The notes below the pieces were generated by a model. It saw nothing but the letters and a program-made list of their open reading frames with translations. It was not told the DNA's origin and made no database searches. From a virus (lineage: Duplodnaviria > Caudoviricetes), in the IMG/VR virus record IMGVR_UViG_3300028832_000102, positions 1 through 64,000 of that record: a DNA stretch of 64,000 bases. One strand, written 5' to 3'. The translations under genes and the position numbers were made by a program. Below, in pieces: positions 47,519 through 57,510 of the stretch (positions are counted from its first letter, which is position 1; each line of letters begins with the position of its first letter).

Positions 47519-48667
47519 CTAAAGCCGTGGGATTCTTGGGTGCTTACGCCCCCGCACGGTCGCCACAGCGGGCTTCCGCGTCTTACTGGGATTCCCCAAC
47601 GAGGCAATGCCCTGCCTCAGAATGTTGTTCGCAGCATGAAGGTCGCGGTCGTGATGGGCACCACAAACAGGACAGGTCCACGACCTTTCAAGCAACGATA
47701 GAGATTTATGAATATGACCACAGTCGCACAACTTGGAAGAAGGGAAGTAGCGGTCAATCTTCTTGACCGTCACGCCATAGCGAGGTGCAAGGTACTCCAG
47801 CTTTGCAATCATCTTGCCGTGGGCGAGGTCTTGCATCTTACGACCCCAGAGCTTCGTCATGCCCGTGAGCTGCAAGTCCTCGATGCAGATGATGTCGTAC
47901 TTGCGGCACAGCTTGTGTGCTTCCTCCCACTGCCAGTTGTCGCGCTGGTTGACGATGCGTTCCTCCACACGGTTCTTTGCGCGTCGTGCCAGTTTCCTGT
48001 GGTTGCTCCCTTCCACGCAGCGCGACAACTTGCGGTCGGCCTTCTTCTTGGCGTTCATTCCCTGCTTCAGGAAACGTGGCGACTGAATGCGCTTGCCGTT
48101 GGAGAGGGTCATGTACGTCTTCAGCCCGAAGTCGATGCCAACGGATGCACCATTATGTGTCTTTCCGATGGATTTTCCTTCGGCTTCGATACTGAGGACG
48201 ATGTAGTATTCTCCGAGCGGCGACCGCTTCACGGTCACGCCCTTAATCGCTCCCAATCCCACGTATGGACGGGAGAGCGAGAACTTATAGCGTTTCTTGA
48301 TTTTGTTGATGGTGATCACGTTTCCGTTCAGCGTGTAGCCACCCTGCTTGAACCTGAAGGACGTGAACCAGTCGGCCTTCTTGAACTTAGGCGGTCTCTG
48401 CTGTATATGCTTGAAGAAACGCTGGTAGGACAAGTCGAGCCTTTCCAGTATCTCCTGCACGGTCTGCGAGTGAAGGCGGCTGCTCTTGCCATACCAGCGT
48501 ACCCATTTGCCTTTGAGCCGTACCACGTCGATGTACTTATGATACATGCGGTAGTACCGCTTCTGCAACGCCAGCGCATGATTCCACACCCAAGCGGCCT
48601 CGCGCAGCATCGCGTCGAGGTGCTTGGTTTGCTTGCTCGTGTAGAGCTTGTACTTATAGGCTATCAT
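47519..48667 (-). CDS. tnpB: RNA-guided endonuclease TnpB (382 aa)
   Basis: RuvC I GIDFG, RuvC II IEDL, Zn finger CDCG..CPVCG, RuvC III DRDLHAANNI. Confidence 0.93.
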   Translation of the reverse strand: MIAYKYKLYTSKQTKHLDAMLREAAWVWNHALALQKRYYRMYHKYIDVVRLKGKWVRWYGKSSRLHSQTVQEILERLDLSYQRFFKHIQQRPPKFKKADWFTSFRFKQGGYTLNGNVITINKIKKRYKFSLSRPYVGLGAIKGVTVKRSPLGEYYIVLSIEAEGKSIGKTHNGASVGIDFGLKTYMTLSNGKRIQSPRFLKQGMNAKKKADRKLSRCVEGSNHRKLARRAKNRVEERIVNQRDNWQWEEAHKLCRKYDIICIEDLQLTGMTKLWGRKMQDLAHGKMIAKLEYLAPRYGVTVKKIDRYFPSSKLCDCGHIHKSLSLLERSWTCPVCGAHHDRDLHAANNILRQGIASLGNPSKTRKPAVATVRGRKHPRIPRL

Positions 48668-48688
48668 GCGCTATATTATTATATATGG

Positions 48689-49189
48689 TTAATCAATCTG
48701 TGCGTGGCTGCTCAGGTCACTGTCGGAGTATCGGCTGAACATACTCAGGTCTTCGTCGTCGGCGGCATACTCTATGTCGCCGTCCTCCAGCTCCAGCTGG
48801 CACAATTCAGACACAGCAATGTCGCGCAGCCTTGTCTTTATGAGATTGTCGCCTCGCTTGACGTAAATTTCGGGTACACGGTCGTCTGGGTACTCCCACA
48901 TGATCTGCTGAAACACCCACTCGATGGCAGTCAAAGTGTAGTCACGTTTCAGCTTCGTAAACTCCACTTCCGGCATCATCTGTGCCAGCTCGCAGCGCAC
49001 GGAGTCGATGTGCTTGAAGTCAAAGTAAATCACCTGGGCCTGGACATTGCCGCCCACCTCTTTCACGTCCAGTCCGTAGAGGAACTTGCCGAAGTAATCT
49101 TTCAGCATCTTCTTGTAGTCGCGTCCGAGCGACTGCGGGGTTTTGATTCTTCTCATATCAATATTGTTATAGCAAATATGGGGCGGCAC
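48689..49189 (-). CDS. Cargo gene within the IS (~155-166 aa), unknown function
   Basis: ORF between tnpB and the tnpA remnant; acidic C-terminus. Confidence 0.65.
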   Translation of the reverse strand: MPPHICYNNIDMRRIKTPQSLGRDYKKMLKDYFGKFLYGLDVKEVGGNVQAQVIYFDFKHIDSVRCELAQMMPEVEFTKLKRDYTLTAIEWVFQQIMWEYPDDRVPEIYVKRGDNLIKTRLRDIAVSELCQLELEDGDIEYAADDEDLSMFSRYSDSDLSSHAQID

Positions 49190-49414
49190 TACGAGTTGCT
49201 ATGGCCAATATTGCAAAGCCACCGGGGTCTTTCGACTTACCGACTCGGTTCCGCCCCAATGGGGTTTATTCATTATTTGGCAGATACAAAAATAGCCACC
49301 TGTTGTGGCGGCATCGTCGTACCGCAATATTGTTTAAGCGCTGCAAAGTTAAGCAATTATTTTTATCCTTGCAAATTTTTCAGCAGAAAATTATATTATA
49401 TGTATCAAATCAAT

Positions 49415-49596
49415 TCAATCATCAGGCACGAGCGAGCGTCCTTAGCTGCGGCCCCCCGTGTCTTTGGTCACGCTCCTACTACGTCGAGAGCATCGGTCAT
49501 ATCTCGGAAGAGACCGTCCGCAGATACATCGAAGACCAGAAAGAGACAGCAAACAAGAAGTCAAACAAAGAGGGGTCGCTTTCATCCCACAGCTGA
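49415..49596 (+). pseudogene. tnpA: C-terminal remnant of Y1 transposase TnpA
   Basis: CLWSRSYYVESIGHISEETVRRYIEDQK with catalytic Tyr; HUH N-terminus absent and upstream part frameshifted. Confidence 0.8.
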
Positions 49597-49982
49597 AGCA
49601 GTGGGTATTCCCGCTCCTAATTCATAATACTGGATTGGTGACGCAGATTCAAGGGCACAGCTATTTTGTGGAGTTATACACAAAGAGAGAAGGGAAAAAT
49701 TGGCTAAATACAGCGCGAAAAAGGTGATTAAAAAAAACGTTCGAGGAACTTACGTTTGTTCTTTGAACGTTTCGTCAGAGATATTCAAGGAACTTTTTGG
49801 TAATACTCGAATATCTATGGCGAGTTTGTTAAGACTCTCTATGGAATTGCGTGTTGTAAAATATGTTAAACAGTGCGGACAAATAGGGTACTTTTGCCCG
49901 TGCGGGCGTTTTCTCGCACAGATTCTTTTTTAAACAAAAACAACGCTGCGCTAAAAAATCATCATACATCAGACATCATACA

Positions 49983-50198
49983 TCATACATCAGCCATCAG
50001 TATCCTCTGTTTTTTAGATTGTGACAACAATCGTTGTTTTTGCTTTTCTGATGATAAAATCCCGATAGGGTGATGGTACTGACGGATGGCGGGGCTGGGA
50101 GCTCGCTCACAAGCACAGGCATACGGCTGCAGCATCGAAGGCACGACAAGTGCCTGCATCATCAGAAAAGAGTTTTTATTGTTTTTTTCTTCTCTCAT
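49983..50198 (-). CDS. Small ORF in the duplicated segment (71 aa)
   Basis: Overlaps the stop of the upstream gene; the paralog near 47452 is frameshifted. Confidence 0.4.
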   Translation of the reverse strand: MREEKNNKNSFLMMQALVVPSMLQPYACACERAPSPAIRQYHHPIGILSSEKQKQRLLSQSKKQRILMADV

Positions 50199-50911
50199 AT
50201 TGGCTTAATGAGTTTCAGCCACCACTTGCGGGTAACCCAGAGACCGATGCCCAGGACCGCCCCGAGCAGGATCCACCGCAGAGCATCCCACCACCGCTGG
50301 TACCAGGGACGGGCGTCGATGGCTGAGGGCTTCGACGATGTCTGATGGTCGATGGTTGATGTAATATGTGAGGCAAGGCTATCGAACTGCTGGTGCCAGT
50401 ATTGGCTGGCAGAATCAATACACGCACGCAGGCGGGCTTCGTACTCCTGCGTGATACGCTGCTCCTGCTGCTGCAGCTCGCGCGTGATGTCACGGCTGAT
50501 GGTGCGCTGCTCGGTGCGTATCTCGCGCCCGAGGCTGTCGAGCGACACCGTGACGGTCTCAGTGATTACCTCTTTTTGGTCTTCGTGGGAGGACCACAAA
50601 GAACTCTGCTCACTGAACGCCTGGTGGAGCCAGGCTTCACTCTCTTCGTGCCAGTTAGTAAGCTGTCGGTCCACCTGTGCACGGACGGCCAGGGTATCCG
50701 CCTCATAGTGGTGGTGGTGATGCTCCTCGACGACACGGGGAGTGCTACAACTATTAAACAGGGCACACACAGCAAGGCCAATAAAAAGGGCTACCACGTA
50801 GCCGGCGATGCTACACAACACCGCCTTCAGGCGATCTTCATCCGACAGTCCCTTCATCTGGTCGGGATCAGACGGATAGAAGTTGTCATTGTTGTAAAAG
50901 TCAAACATCAT
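50195..50911 (-). CDS. Lipoprotein with C-terminal TM helix; candidate unimolecular spanin (238 aa)
   Basis: Hydrophobic stretch plus lipobox-like LFNSC; C-terminal WILLGAVLGIGLWV helix. Confidence 0.5.
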   Translation of the reverse strand: MMFDFYNNDNFYPSDPDQMKGLSDEDRLKAVLCSIAGYVVALFIGLAVCALFNSCSTPRVVEEHHHHHYEADTLAVRAQVDRQLTNWHEESEAWLHQAFSEQSSLWSSHEDQKEVITETVTVSLDSLGREIRTEQRTISRDITRELQQQEQRITQEYEARLRACIDSASQYWHQQFDSLASHITSTIDHQTSSKPSAIDARPWYQRWWDALRWILLGAVLGIGLWVTRKWWLKLIKPI

Positions 50912-50932
50912 TGTTTTGGTTTTTTGTTTCTA

Positions 50933-51271
50933 TCATACTACGAGATTGAAGTCGTTGGCACGGAGGATGCAACAGTCGCGTAGGCGGCGCGTCTGTCCGC
51001 TGGCGGTGAACTGCACCAGGCGCGACGGGAACCTGCCGGGGCCACCCAGCTCCACACTGAGCGTCACCACCTCCTCGCCCAGGATCATGTCACCATTGCT
51101 CGCGGCCACATACCACACACGCCAGGGAACACGCTCAGGAACCTGAGCTATTTGACCATTTGACAATTTACAATTTGACAGTCTGGTGCGCTCGGCCACC
51201 AGCCTGAGTTCAGACAGTGCTAATTGCTTTAACGTCTCTCGAGCTCGCTCTCGCTTATTCGCAACATTCAT
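50933..51271 (-). CDS. Hypothetical protein (112 aa)
   Basis: Operonic ORF. Confidence 0.6.
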   Translation of the reverse strand: MNVANKRERARETLKQLALSELRLVAERTRLSNCKLSNGQIAQVPERVPWRVWYVAASNGDMILGEEVVTLSVELGGPGRFPSRLVQFTASGQTRRLRDCCILRANDFNLVV

Positions 51272-51301
51272 TCCGTTCCATCTTACTTTTTACATCAGAC
51301 A

Positions 51302-51739
51302 TCAGACATCATCCTTCTTTAGAGGCTTTCCCCAGGACCCCTCTTCGCGCTTGTAGTTCTTCACCGGACGGTAACGCATGTCGCGGCGAACGGCGATGAT
51401 GGGATCGTCAGGGTGACGGCTGAAGGCACGGCGGGTGGGGTCGTACTGACCAGCTTCCACCTCGCGCTTCAGGTTCTTCGCCGGACGGAACTTCAGCTGT
51501 TTGCGAGCAGGCACGGTGTGGATCTCGTCTTTCTTCTTGTAGTAGAACTCATGCTCAGGACGGTCGATTACGGCGAATGTACCGAAGCCGTCGATGGGCA
51601 CGCAGAGGGAGCCCTCGGTGAGCTGGTAGCGAATCTCGTCGAACACATGGGGCAGCACCGCCTCGACCGTGGCACGTGCAAGACCAGAGCGCTGAACCAC
51701 GGCTGCAGCAAATCTATTCAAACAACTCTTTGGTGTCAT
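51302..51739 (-). CDS. HU/IHF-family DNA-binding protein (145 aa)
   Basis: IDGFGTFAV..VPARKQLKFRPAKNLK signature. Confidence 0.85.
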   Translation of the reverse strand: MTPKSCLNRFAAAVVQRSGLARATVEAVLPHVFDEIRYQLTEGSLCVPIDGFGTFAVIDRPEHEFYYKKKDEIHTVPARKQLKFRPAKNLKREVEAGQYDPTRRAFSRHPDDPIIAVRRDMRYRPVKNYKREEGSWGKPLKKDDV

Positions 51740-52680
51740 TGTTAACTTGTATTAATTCTATGTGACAAAATATTCATTATTGCCCTAAACCTTTCTTTCT
51801 CATATCGAAAGAGCATTTCGGCGATATTAAATCGGGGCTTCTTGCGATCTGTTCAATAAGACCGGCTACTCCATATATAGTAGCATTTTCTGGAAACAAA
51901 TCAAGGGCACGAGGAGGCAGGACAAGAAAAAGCGTCGCCTCGCAAAAGCTACAACCGAGAGACGACGCGAAAGGAATAATAAATATTCCAAAAAGTATTT
52001 ATCAGACTGCTAAGATGGGGCAAAATTACGAAATTAAATCGTAACTTCCAAATAATTAGGCAGTTATCTATAATTCTTCATGCCTTTCATTGGCAGAATT
52101 ATCAGGTTATCTGGCTATTATTCTTCCCTCTTGAAACTCCTAACTCGCTGATTATCAGTTATTTATTTAATTTTTTTGCGGTTATTTTGCGGTTTTTTAT
52201 AATAAAAGTTATTTAAAAAATTATTTGAAATTATCTATATATATTATATAACTAATTGATAAACAAGCATTTATTTTTATTTTGCTTATCTTTTAATACT
52301 TAAAGTGGAGTGCGAGGAGTTCGTTCTCGCGTGTGCTGAAGAAAGTGTGTTTAGTCAGTGGCTTTTATATTTAAATAAAAAGAGTTTTATGAAAAAAGGG
52401 GGCTTTTCAGATAACTGGGGGGGAAGTAGTATCATAACTCATTGATACTCATTTAGTTAGAAGTTATTTGTATTCAGATAATTTTTTAAGGCCAAAAACG
52501 TACGAAAAAGAATATAACTATCTGATTATCAGGAGTTATCTAAATTTATCAAAACAGTTATTTTTTTATTTCGTCTTTATGGAAAAACACCCATTTTCAG
52601 ATAACTGCTGATAATTTTGGTCGGAGATAAAAAAGTATGTAACTTTGCAATTGCTACACAACAATCTAACATTAACAATC

Positions 52681-53319
52681 ATGGACAAGCATCACAATGT
52701 GCCGCCTATTGTATGGCTTAAAGTCACAGATTACATGCACGGATGGATACAGCACGAGCTGGGAAGTGAGATAAAGATTCACAACCAGCGCGTAGTAAGT
52801 GTTCAGCACATCCCTGGGGCGCGAGGTATTCTAAGGATGGAAACAGAAGAAGACATGCTCGATCCGAAACCTGTTAGCAACGTCATGTCCGACAAAAGAA
52901 AAAACTGTTTCCTCGCCGGCATGGAATTGGACGAAGAGGTCATAGAACGGGATTACGGCATGACGAAAAGCGATCTGCAGTTGTTCGTTCCTATTGAATG
53001 TCCGAAGATGTGTCTGACTAAAAACGGCGTTTTGCGGCCGTGGAGCCTGAACACTACTTTCGGAAGGGAACAGACTACAGCCATGAGAAAACTGATCAGG
53101 CAGGAGTTTTGGAAAGCCGTAGAGGAATATAACAGCAAGTATGCCAGAAGAAGCGGCAAGGAGCACTATCCAGCCGTTGAAATGATTGAGGAGTTCTGTG
53201 CCGACACTGAGACACCAGACCTATATGTGGAAACCCTGCGCAGAGAATGGCAGAGAAGACAGAAGAAGAAGACAGACTGTCTTGACGAAGAGAAGGACGG
53301 CACTCCATCAACGACGTAA
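52681..53319 (+). CDS. Hypothetical protein (212 aa)
   Basis: TAACTTTG promoter at 52640; ATG at 52681. Confidence 0.7.
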   Translation: MDKHHNVPPIVWLKVTDYMHGWIQHELGSEIKIHNQRVVSVQHIPGARGILRMETEEDMLDPKPVSNVMSDKRKNCFLAGMELDEEVIERDYGMTKSDLQLFVPIECPKMCLTKNGVLRPWSLNTTFGREQTTAMRKLIRQEFWKAVEEYNSKYARRSGKEHYPAVEMIEEFCADTETPDLYVETLRREWQRRQKKKTDCLDEEKDGTPSTT

Positions 53320-54132
53320 ATCTTCACCATCAAAGAAAATAGCCCGCGTGACGGCGCGCAACCTGCTTATAGTCTCGGCACCATAACGCTCTTCAATAGA
53401 CGAAGAGAAACGTTTGTCTGCAACGGCCGTAGTGCTGAGATTTGTTGTGATGATAAGCAGAATACCATTCTTCTCGGCGGCGTCGCAAAGGCGGAAGAAA
53501 GACCGGTCTGTCTGTCCGTAGTATTTCATAGGCTCCTTGCCGAGGTCATCAATGATGACACAACGTTCCTTTAGGAGAGCGTCCAGACGATCGTGCAGCT
53601 CTACCGAAGATACGAAAGGAATACTCCTGCCAAGAATGACCGGAAGGATTTTCTCACATATAAGCGTCTTACCAAGACCGGTCGGACCAAAACAGAGCAG
53701 TCCCCTACCCTTATTATCGGAAAGCCACTCAACCACCTTGTCGTAGGCAGGTAGCCAACGGGCATTACCTCCGAGATAGTGCTGTAACCCCTTCTCCAGA
53801 CGTTCACGAGCGTTGGGAATGGAGAATCGAGGTATTTGACAGGTGTCAGGGAAATCCACTGAAGGCGTGGCCACCGGCTGCTGACGGAGACGGTAGTTAA
53901 GACGAACGTCGGTACCAAAGGCGGTGTCGAGCGATTGTTTCAGGAGCTGCGCCTGAACCTCCTCAAGGTATTCATACACATAGCGGTGGGGTACACAGAG
54001 AATCACAGTCTTCCTGTCTGGGTCGTAGGACTCCATGGTGACGTCCTTGAACCACACATCAAAGCTATGCTGACTAACTTTCTCAGCAATAAGCCGTAAG
54101 CAACTTTGCCACTTTTCTTGATACTTTTCCAT
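53308..54132 (-). CDS. DnaA N-terminal domain plus AAA+ ATPase (helicase-loader-like, 274 aa)
   Basis: WQSCLRLI..SFDVWF..ILCVP DnaA-N motif; Walker A GPTGLGKT; Walker B IIDDLG. Confidence 0.8.
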   Translation of the reverse strand: MEKYQEKWQSCLRLIAEKVSQHSFDVWFKDVTMESYDPDRKTVILCVPHRYVYEYLEEVQAQLLKQSLDTAFGTDVRLNYRLRQQPVATPSVDFPDTCQIPRFSIPNARERLEKGLQHYLGGNARWLPAYDKVVEWLSDNKGRGLLCFGPTGLGKTLICEKILPVILGRSIPFVSSVELHDRLDALLKERCVIIDDLGKEPMKYYGQTDRSFFRLCDAAEKNGILLIITTNLSTTAVADKRFSSSIEERYGAETISRLRAVTRAIFFDGEDLRR

Positions 54133-54209
54133 CCTTCAATTTTTCAATTCTTCCATTCTTCCGCTCGGCTTTGCCGCTTGGCATCGCCAAGAATTCTTCC
54201 ATCCTCCCA

Positions 54210-55649
54210 TCACCAAACCTCCGGCTGTACGGATGGAGCTGACTGAGTTGTCACCTCTTCGGCAGCAGAGAAGCCACGAAGGGATGGCAGTTCCTTCTCG
54301 AAGAAAGTCTTCAAACACTTGCAGGCCCAGTGCTGCACATCGTCGCGCGGCTCGCTCATATTGAGATTGACGAGGTAGTTGATCTTAACCAACAGGTGGT
54401 CAATATCTCCGGGCTTCAGCCTACGCACAAACTCATTGATCTGCTCAGCTTTCAGTGCCAGGCGTTCCTTCATCATGGTGCGTGCCTCAATCTCCTTGGC
54501 AGAGTTCTCCTTATTCTCGTAGAGCTCGCGCCCCAGGTCGAAGATAGAGAGGGTGAACTCCACCTGCAGGGGCACCTTACCCTTGGCACGGCCGTCGGCA
54601 AAGATAGCGCGGTAGTCGAATGTAAAGTCGGCTATCTCACGGCTGGAGAGGTCGTCGAGCTCCTTCTTGGCCTGAGCCAGGTAGCGCTTGGCAAACTCGG
54701 AGTAGTAGGCATAGCGGGCGGCGGCACGCTGACGGGCCTGCTCCAGGTACTGCTTCTGTTCGGCCTTGGTCAGACGGTCCCACTGCTTGCCGTCGTTCTT
54801 GGCCATGGTGACGGCCAACTGCTCTACGTTCTCGCCGTTGACAATCTTGCCATCCTGCGAGTTGAAGAGCCCGCACACGCTACGCACCTCCATATAGTCG
54901 GCACGGAACACGATGCGCCCTACCCTGCGCTCGGTGCCGTCAGGCTGCTGTTCAGTGACTTCCTCGAGCTGGTCTTTCTTGATGCCACGCCACTTGGAAA
55001 GCCACTTATAGAGGCGGTTGGCCGTAGCGGTCTTGGTGTGGCGGGTGGTGGGAAAATAGAACTGCGTATAGCCGGCGTCGGTAAGGATGAACTTATTCTC
55101 CAGTATCTCCTTGCGGATACGTATCTTCACCTCGTTGCGCTTGAGGTTGTTGGACTTCACCACCATCTTCTCGCCCGTCTTGGGGTTGACGGTCTCGTGA
55201 GTCTCGTACTCAGCAATGATGTCAATGAAGTTGGTATAGAGCACGCCGTCGGCGGTATAGACCTCGGCATCGACTTTCTTCATGCTGTCGAGCACCTGAC
55301 GCAGTTCGCCATAGTGGCGGGGCGTTATTCCTGGCAGGTCACGGAAGCGGATGGTGGCCACGAAGTCACCCTCGTGCTGAAGGGAGTTGGCGCGATCTGG
55401 CGTGACGAGATAGGCATCCTCGTTGTTGAAGGGTATCATCAGCTGAGTGCCGTCCTTTGATTTGTTCTCGCTGCGCTTGGCGGCGGCATAGAATGGCTGG
55501 AGCGCCCACACTAATTCGTCCATGGCTCGCTCAGTGTAAAGCGTAGGAACAATGTGTAGGTCTGTAATCTGATTGGGCTGCGTGGACAAAACTTTCCCGT
55601 CTTTGTCGAAAACAATATCAGCCCTTTGATTCTTGGATTTTTTAACCAT
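54210..55649 (-). CDS. Plasmid-type replication initiator (Rep_3/RepB-like, ~479 aa)
   Basis: QPNQIT N-terminus, GYTQF..RLYKWLSKW and YSEFAKRYLAQAKKELD resemble the Rep_3 winged helix; adjacent iterons; promoter TTTG-N20-TACTTTTG at 55701-55732. Confidence 0.7.
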   Translation of the reverse strand: MVKKSKNQRADIVFDKDGKVLSTQPNQITDLHIVPTLYTERAMDELVWALQPFYAAAKRSENKSKDGTQLMIPFNNEDAYLVTPDRANSLQHEGDFVATIRFRDLPGITPRHYGELRQVLDSMKKVDAEVYTADGVLYTNFIDIIAEYETHETVNPKTGEKMVVKSNNLKRNEVKIRIRKEILENKFILTDAGYTQFYFPTTRHTKTATANRLYKWLSKWRGIKKDQLEEVTEQQPDGTERRVGRIVFRADYMEVRSVCGLFNSQDGKIVNGENVEQLAVTMAKNDGKQWDRLTKAEQKQYLEQARQRAAARYAYYSEFAKRYLAQAKKELDDLSSREIADFTFDYRAIFADGRAKGKVPLQVEFTLSIFDLGRELYENKENSAKEIEARTMMKERLALKAEQINEFVRRLKPGDIDHLLVKINYLVNLNMSEPRDDVQHWACKCLKTFFEKELPSLRGFSAAEEVTTQSAPSVQPEVW

Positions 55650-55789
55650 AACAATAGGGTTTATGTTGAACTTTCGTTCGAACCGGTCTGTAGCTTGCTG
55701 CAAAAGTAGAAATTATTTTCCAAACTTCCAAATATTTTTGAAATTATTTTTATCTTGAATATCAATTAATTATAAAATACATCTTGCAG

Positions 55790-56470
55790 AGTTGTCGAAA
55801 AGAACACCCGTATTTGTCGAAAACAACGTGCAGCGATGTCGAAGAAAACAGGAAAGATTGTCGAAATATAGCATGCCTGGGAACATGCAGAGTTGTCGAA
55901 AATATACGTTTATAGGCATTGTCCCGAAGTTGTCGAAGAACTCCCCGATTTGTCGAAAACATACCCGCCGTTGTCGAAACCTGCCCGAGGTTGTCGAAAG
56001 TGCCTGGATATCATTCCCTTAATTGTCGAAAGCGTATCCCGAAGTTGTCGAAGATTTCCCCCGATTTGTCGAAAGCCTGCCCATCGTTGTCGAAGATTTC
56101 CCCGTATTTGTCGAAAAGCATTTTTATAATACTCTGTGTTTTAGGATGTTGCAATATTGGCGCAGTGCCTATATACTCTCTTTTATAGACTCTTATCTAT
56201 AGCCATCTTCTTATATACCCCTTATTTGTAGACTCAGATAAAAATCAGATCATGGTTTTAAAAATCTTTTTTTTCGTAAGAGAAAAAGGAAGGGAAACCA
56301 TTGGAGATAAGCGTATTAAAGGCTTTTCGACAAATCGGGGTGTTTTCCTGGCAATAGACATTCAGGCCATTTTCGACAAATACGTACGTTACGTGCGTGC
56401 CTTATATACGCGCGATAACGCCCGCGCTATGTTTTCGACAAATCAGACCGTTTTGATTTTCGACAAATCG
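55790..56470. repeat. Iteron-type replication origin
   Basis: About 14 direct TTGTCGAA repeats mostly 21-22 bp apart (55792-56116), an AT-rich spacer, then 4 inverted TTTTCGACAAAT copies (56324-56470). Confidence 0.8.
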
Positions 56471-56576
56471 GGGAGTTTCCTTTTTCGCATAATCCCTCCC
56501 CCTACCCCCTCCCTTGTAGAAAAAGGAAACCGCCACCCAATCACAAGGACTGGATGGCGGGAAGATAAAAATATAT

Positions 56577-57449
56577 CTAGTTTTCCTTCATCGTGATTTT
56601 CCAATCGGCGGCAGATCCAGAAAACAGAGGTCCTACAAGTGTTGTGGTATAGCCACGACGCAGAGATATGGGAGGAAGTGGCGTGGTAGGTATTAGTTCG
56701 CCGGTAGCGCTTTCAACTTCAGCATGGAGTTGGATGCCGTTGATACCATCTTCAGGGCAAAGGATACGCGTTTTGCAATACACTTTAACCCTCTTATGAT
56801 CGTTAATACTATAGAACGCATTGACTACACCGTCAAAATGGCCTGTTGCCTCATACTTACCCCCGTGAAGGCTAAAAGAGGATACTACAGGCAAACCGAC
56901 TATCTTACCAACTCTTATTTCTGTTTCCTCGCTCAAAAATATAACAGGGCTATCAGGCTTTTTTAAGTCTGACGAAAAGTCTGTCACATAGATTTCCACC
57001 GAAGCGGAAAGCGGATTGAAGTTGGGTTTATGTGATTCTTTCACATAGTCCGTTACTTCATAGTCATATTCAGCATAGCTAAAGATGTTTTCAGGTTCAA
57101 TGACGTTGAATGTTTTCGTGATAGGATCAAATAGATCCTTATGGTCAGGATAACTCATGTAATGTATCCAGATAAAGTGATGTTTCCCCTGGCGTAATTC
57201 CAGTTCGTAATTTTTTTTGTAAGTATTAATTTCATAGCAGTTCAAAAAGTGGCTGCCTGCATAATCATAAAGCAAAAAACCGGCATTACCAGCAGGTAGT
57301 TCAAACTTCACTGTGGACGTCTTGTCGGACAGTAGCTCGTCGACAGAAGGTTCGCCATCATCGCCGCAAGCGACAAAACTCAGTGATACACACACGGCAA
57401 GCGCCACGACCATCAGGTGACTTACAAAATAGATTGCTTTTGTTTTCAT
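56577..57449 (-). CDS. Bacteroidales lipoprotein, possibly fimbrillin-like moron (290 aa)
   Basis: Signal peptide with lipobox SFVAC-GDD; C-terminal LRRGYTTTLVGPLF strand; lower GC. Confidence 0.6.
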   Translation of the reverse strand: MKTKAIYFVSHLMVVALAVCVSLSFVACGDDGEPSVDELLSDKTSTVKFELPAGNAGFLLYDYAGSHFLNCYEINTYKKNYELELRQGKHHFIWIHYMSYPDHKDLFDPITKTFNVIEPENIFSYAEYDYEVTDYVKESHKPNFNPLSASVEIYVTDFSSDLKKPDSPVIFLSEETEIRVGKIVGLPVVSSFSLHGGKYEATGHFDGVVNAFYSINDHKRVKVYCKTRILCPEDGINGIQLHAEVESATGELIPTTPLPPISLRRGYTTTLVGPLFSGSAADWKITMKEN

Positions 57450-57510
57450 AATCGTTAGTTGTTAAAGGGTTAAATAATTATTTAATTAAATGCTTAGATG
57501 CTTAAATACT

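Larger units (their letters stand above)
47502..49623 (-). mobile_element. IS200/IS605-family element: tnpB, cargo gene and truncated tnpA
   Basis: Right end hairpin cccacggctttagacgtggg ending in TCAA (47502); left end hairpin cccactgcttcagctgtggg preceded by TTAT (49627-49624). Confidence 0.85.

Noticed and set aside
47708-49627. 639-aa plus-strand ORF
   Set aside because: Antisense shadow of tnpB and the cargo gene
55790-56116. CRISPR array
   Set aside because: Repeat core is only 8 bp with ~13-bp related spacers next to a Rep gene; these are iterons
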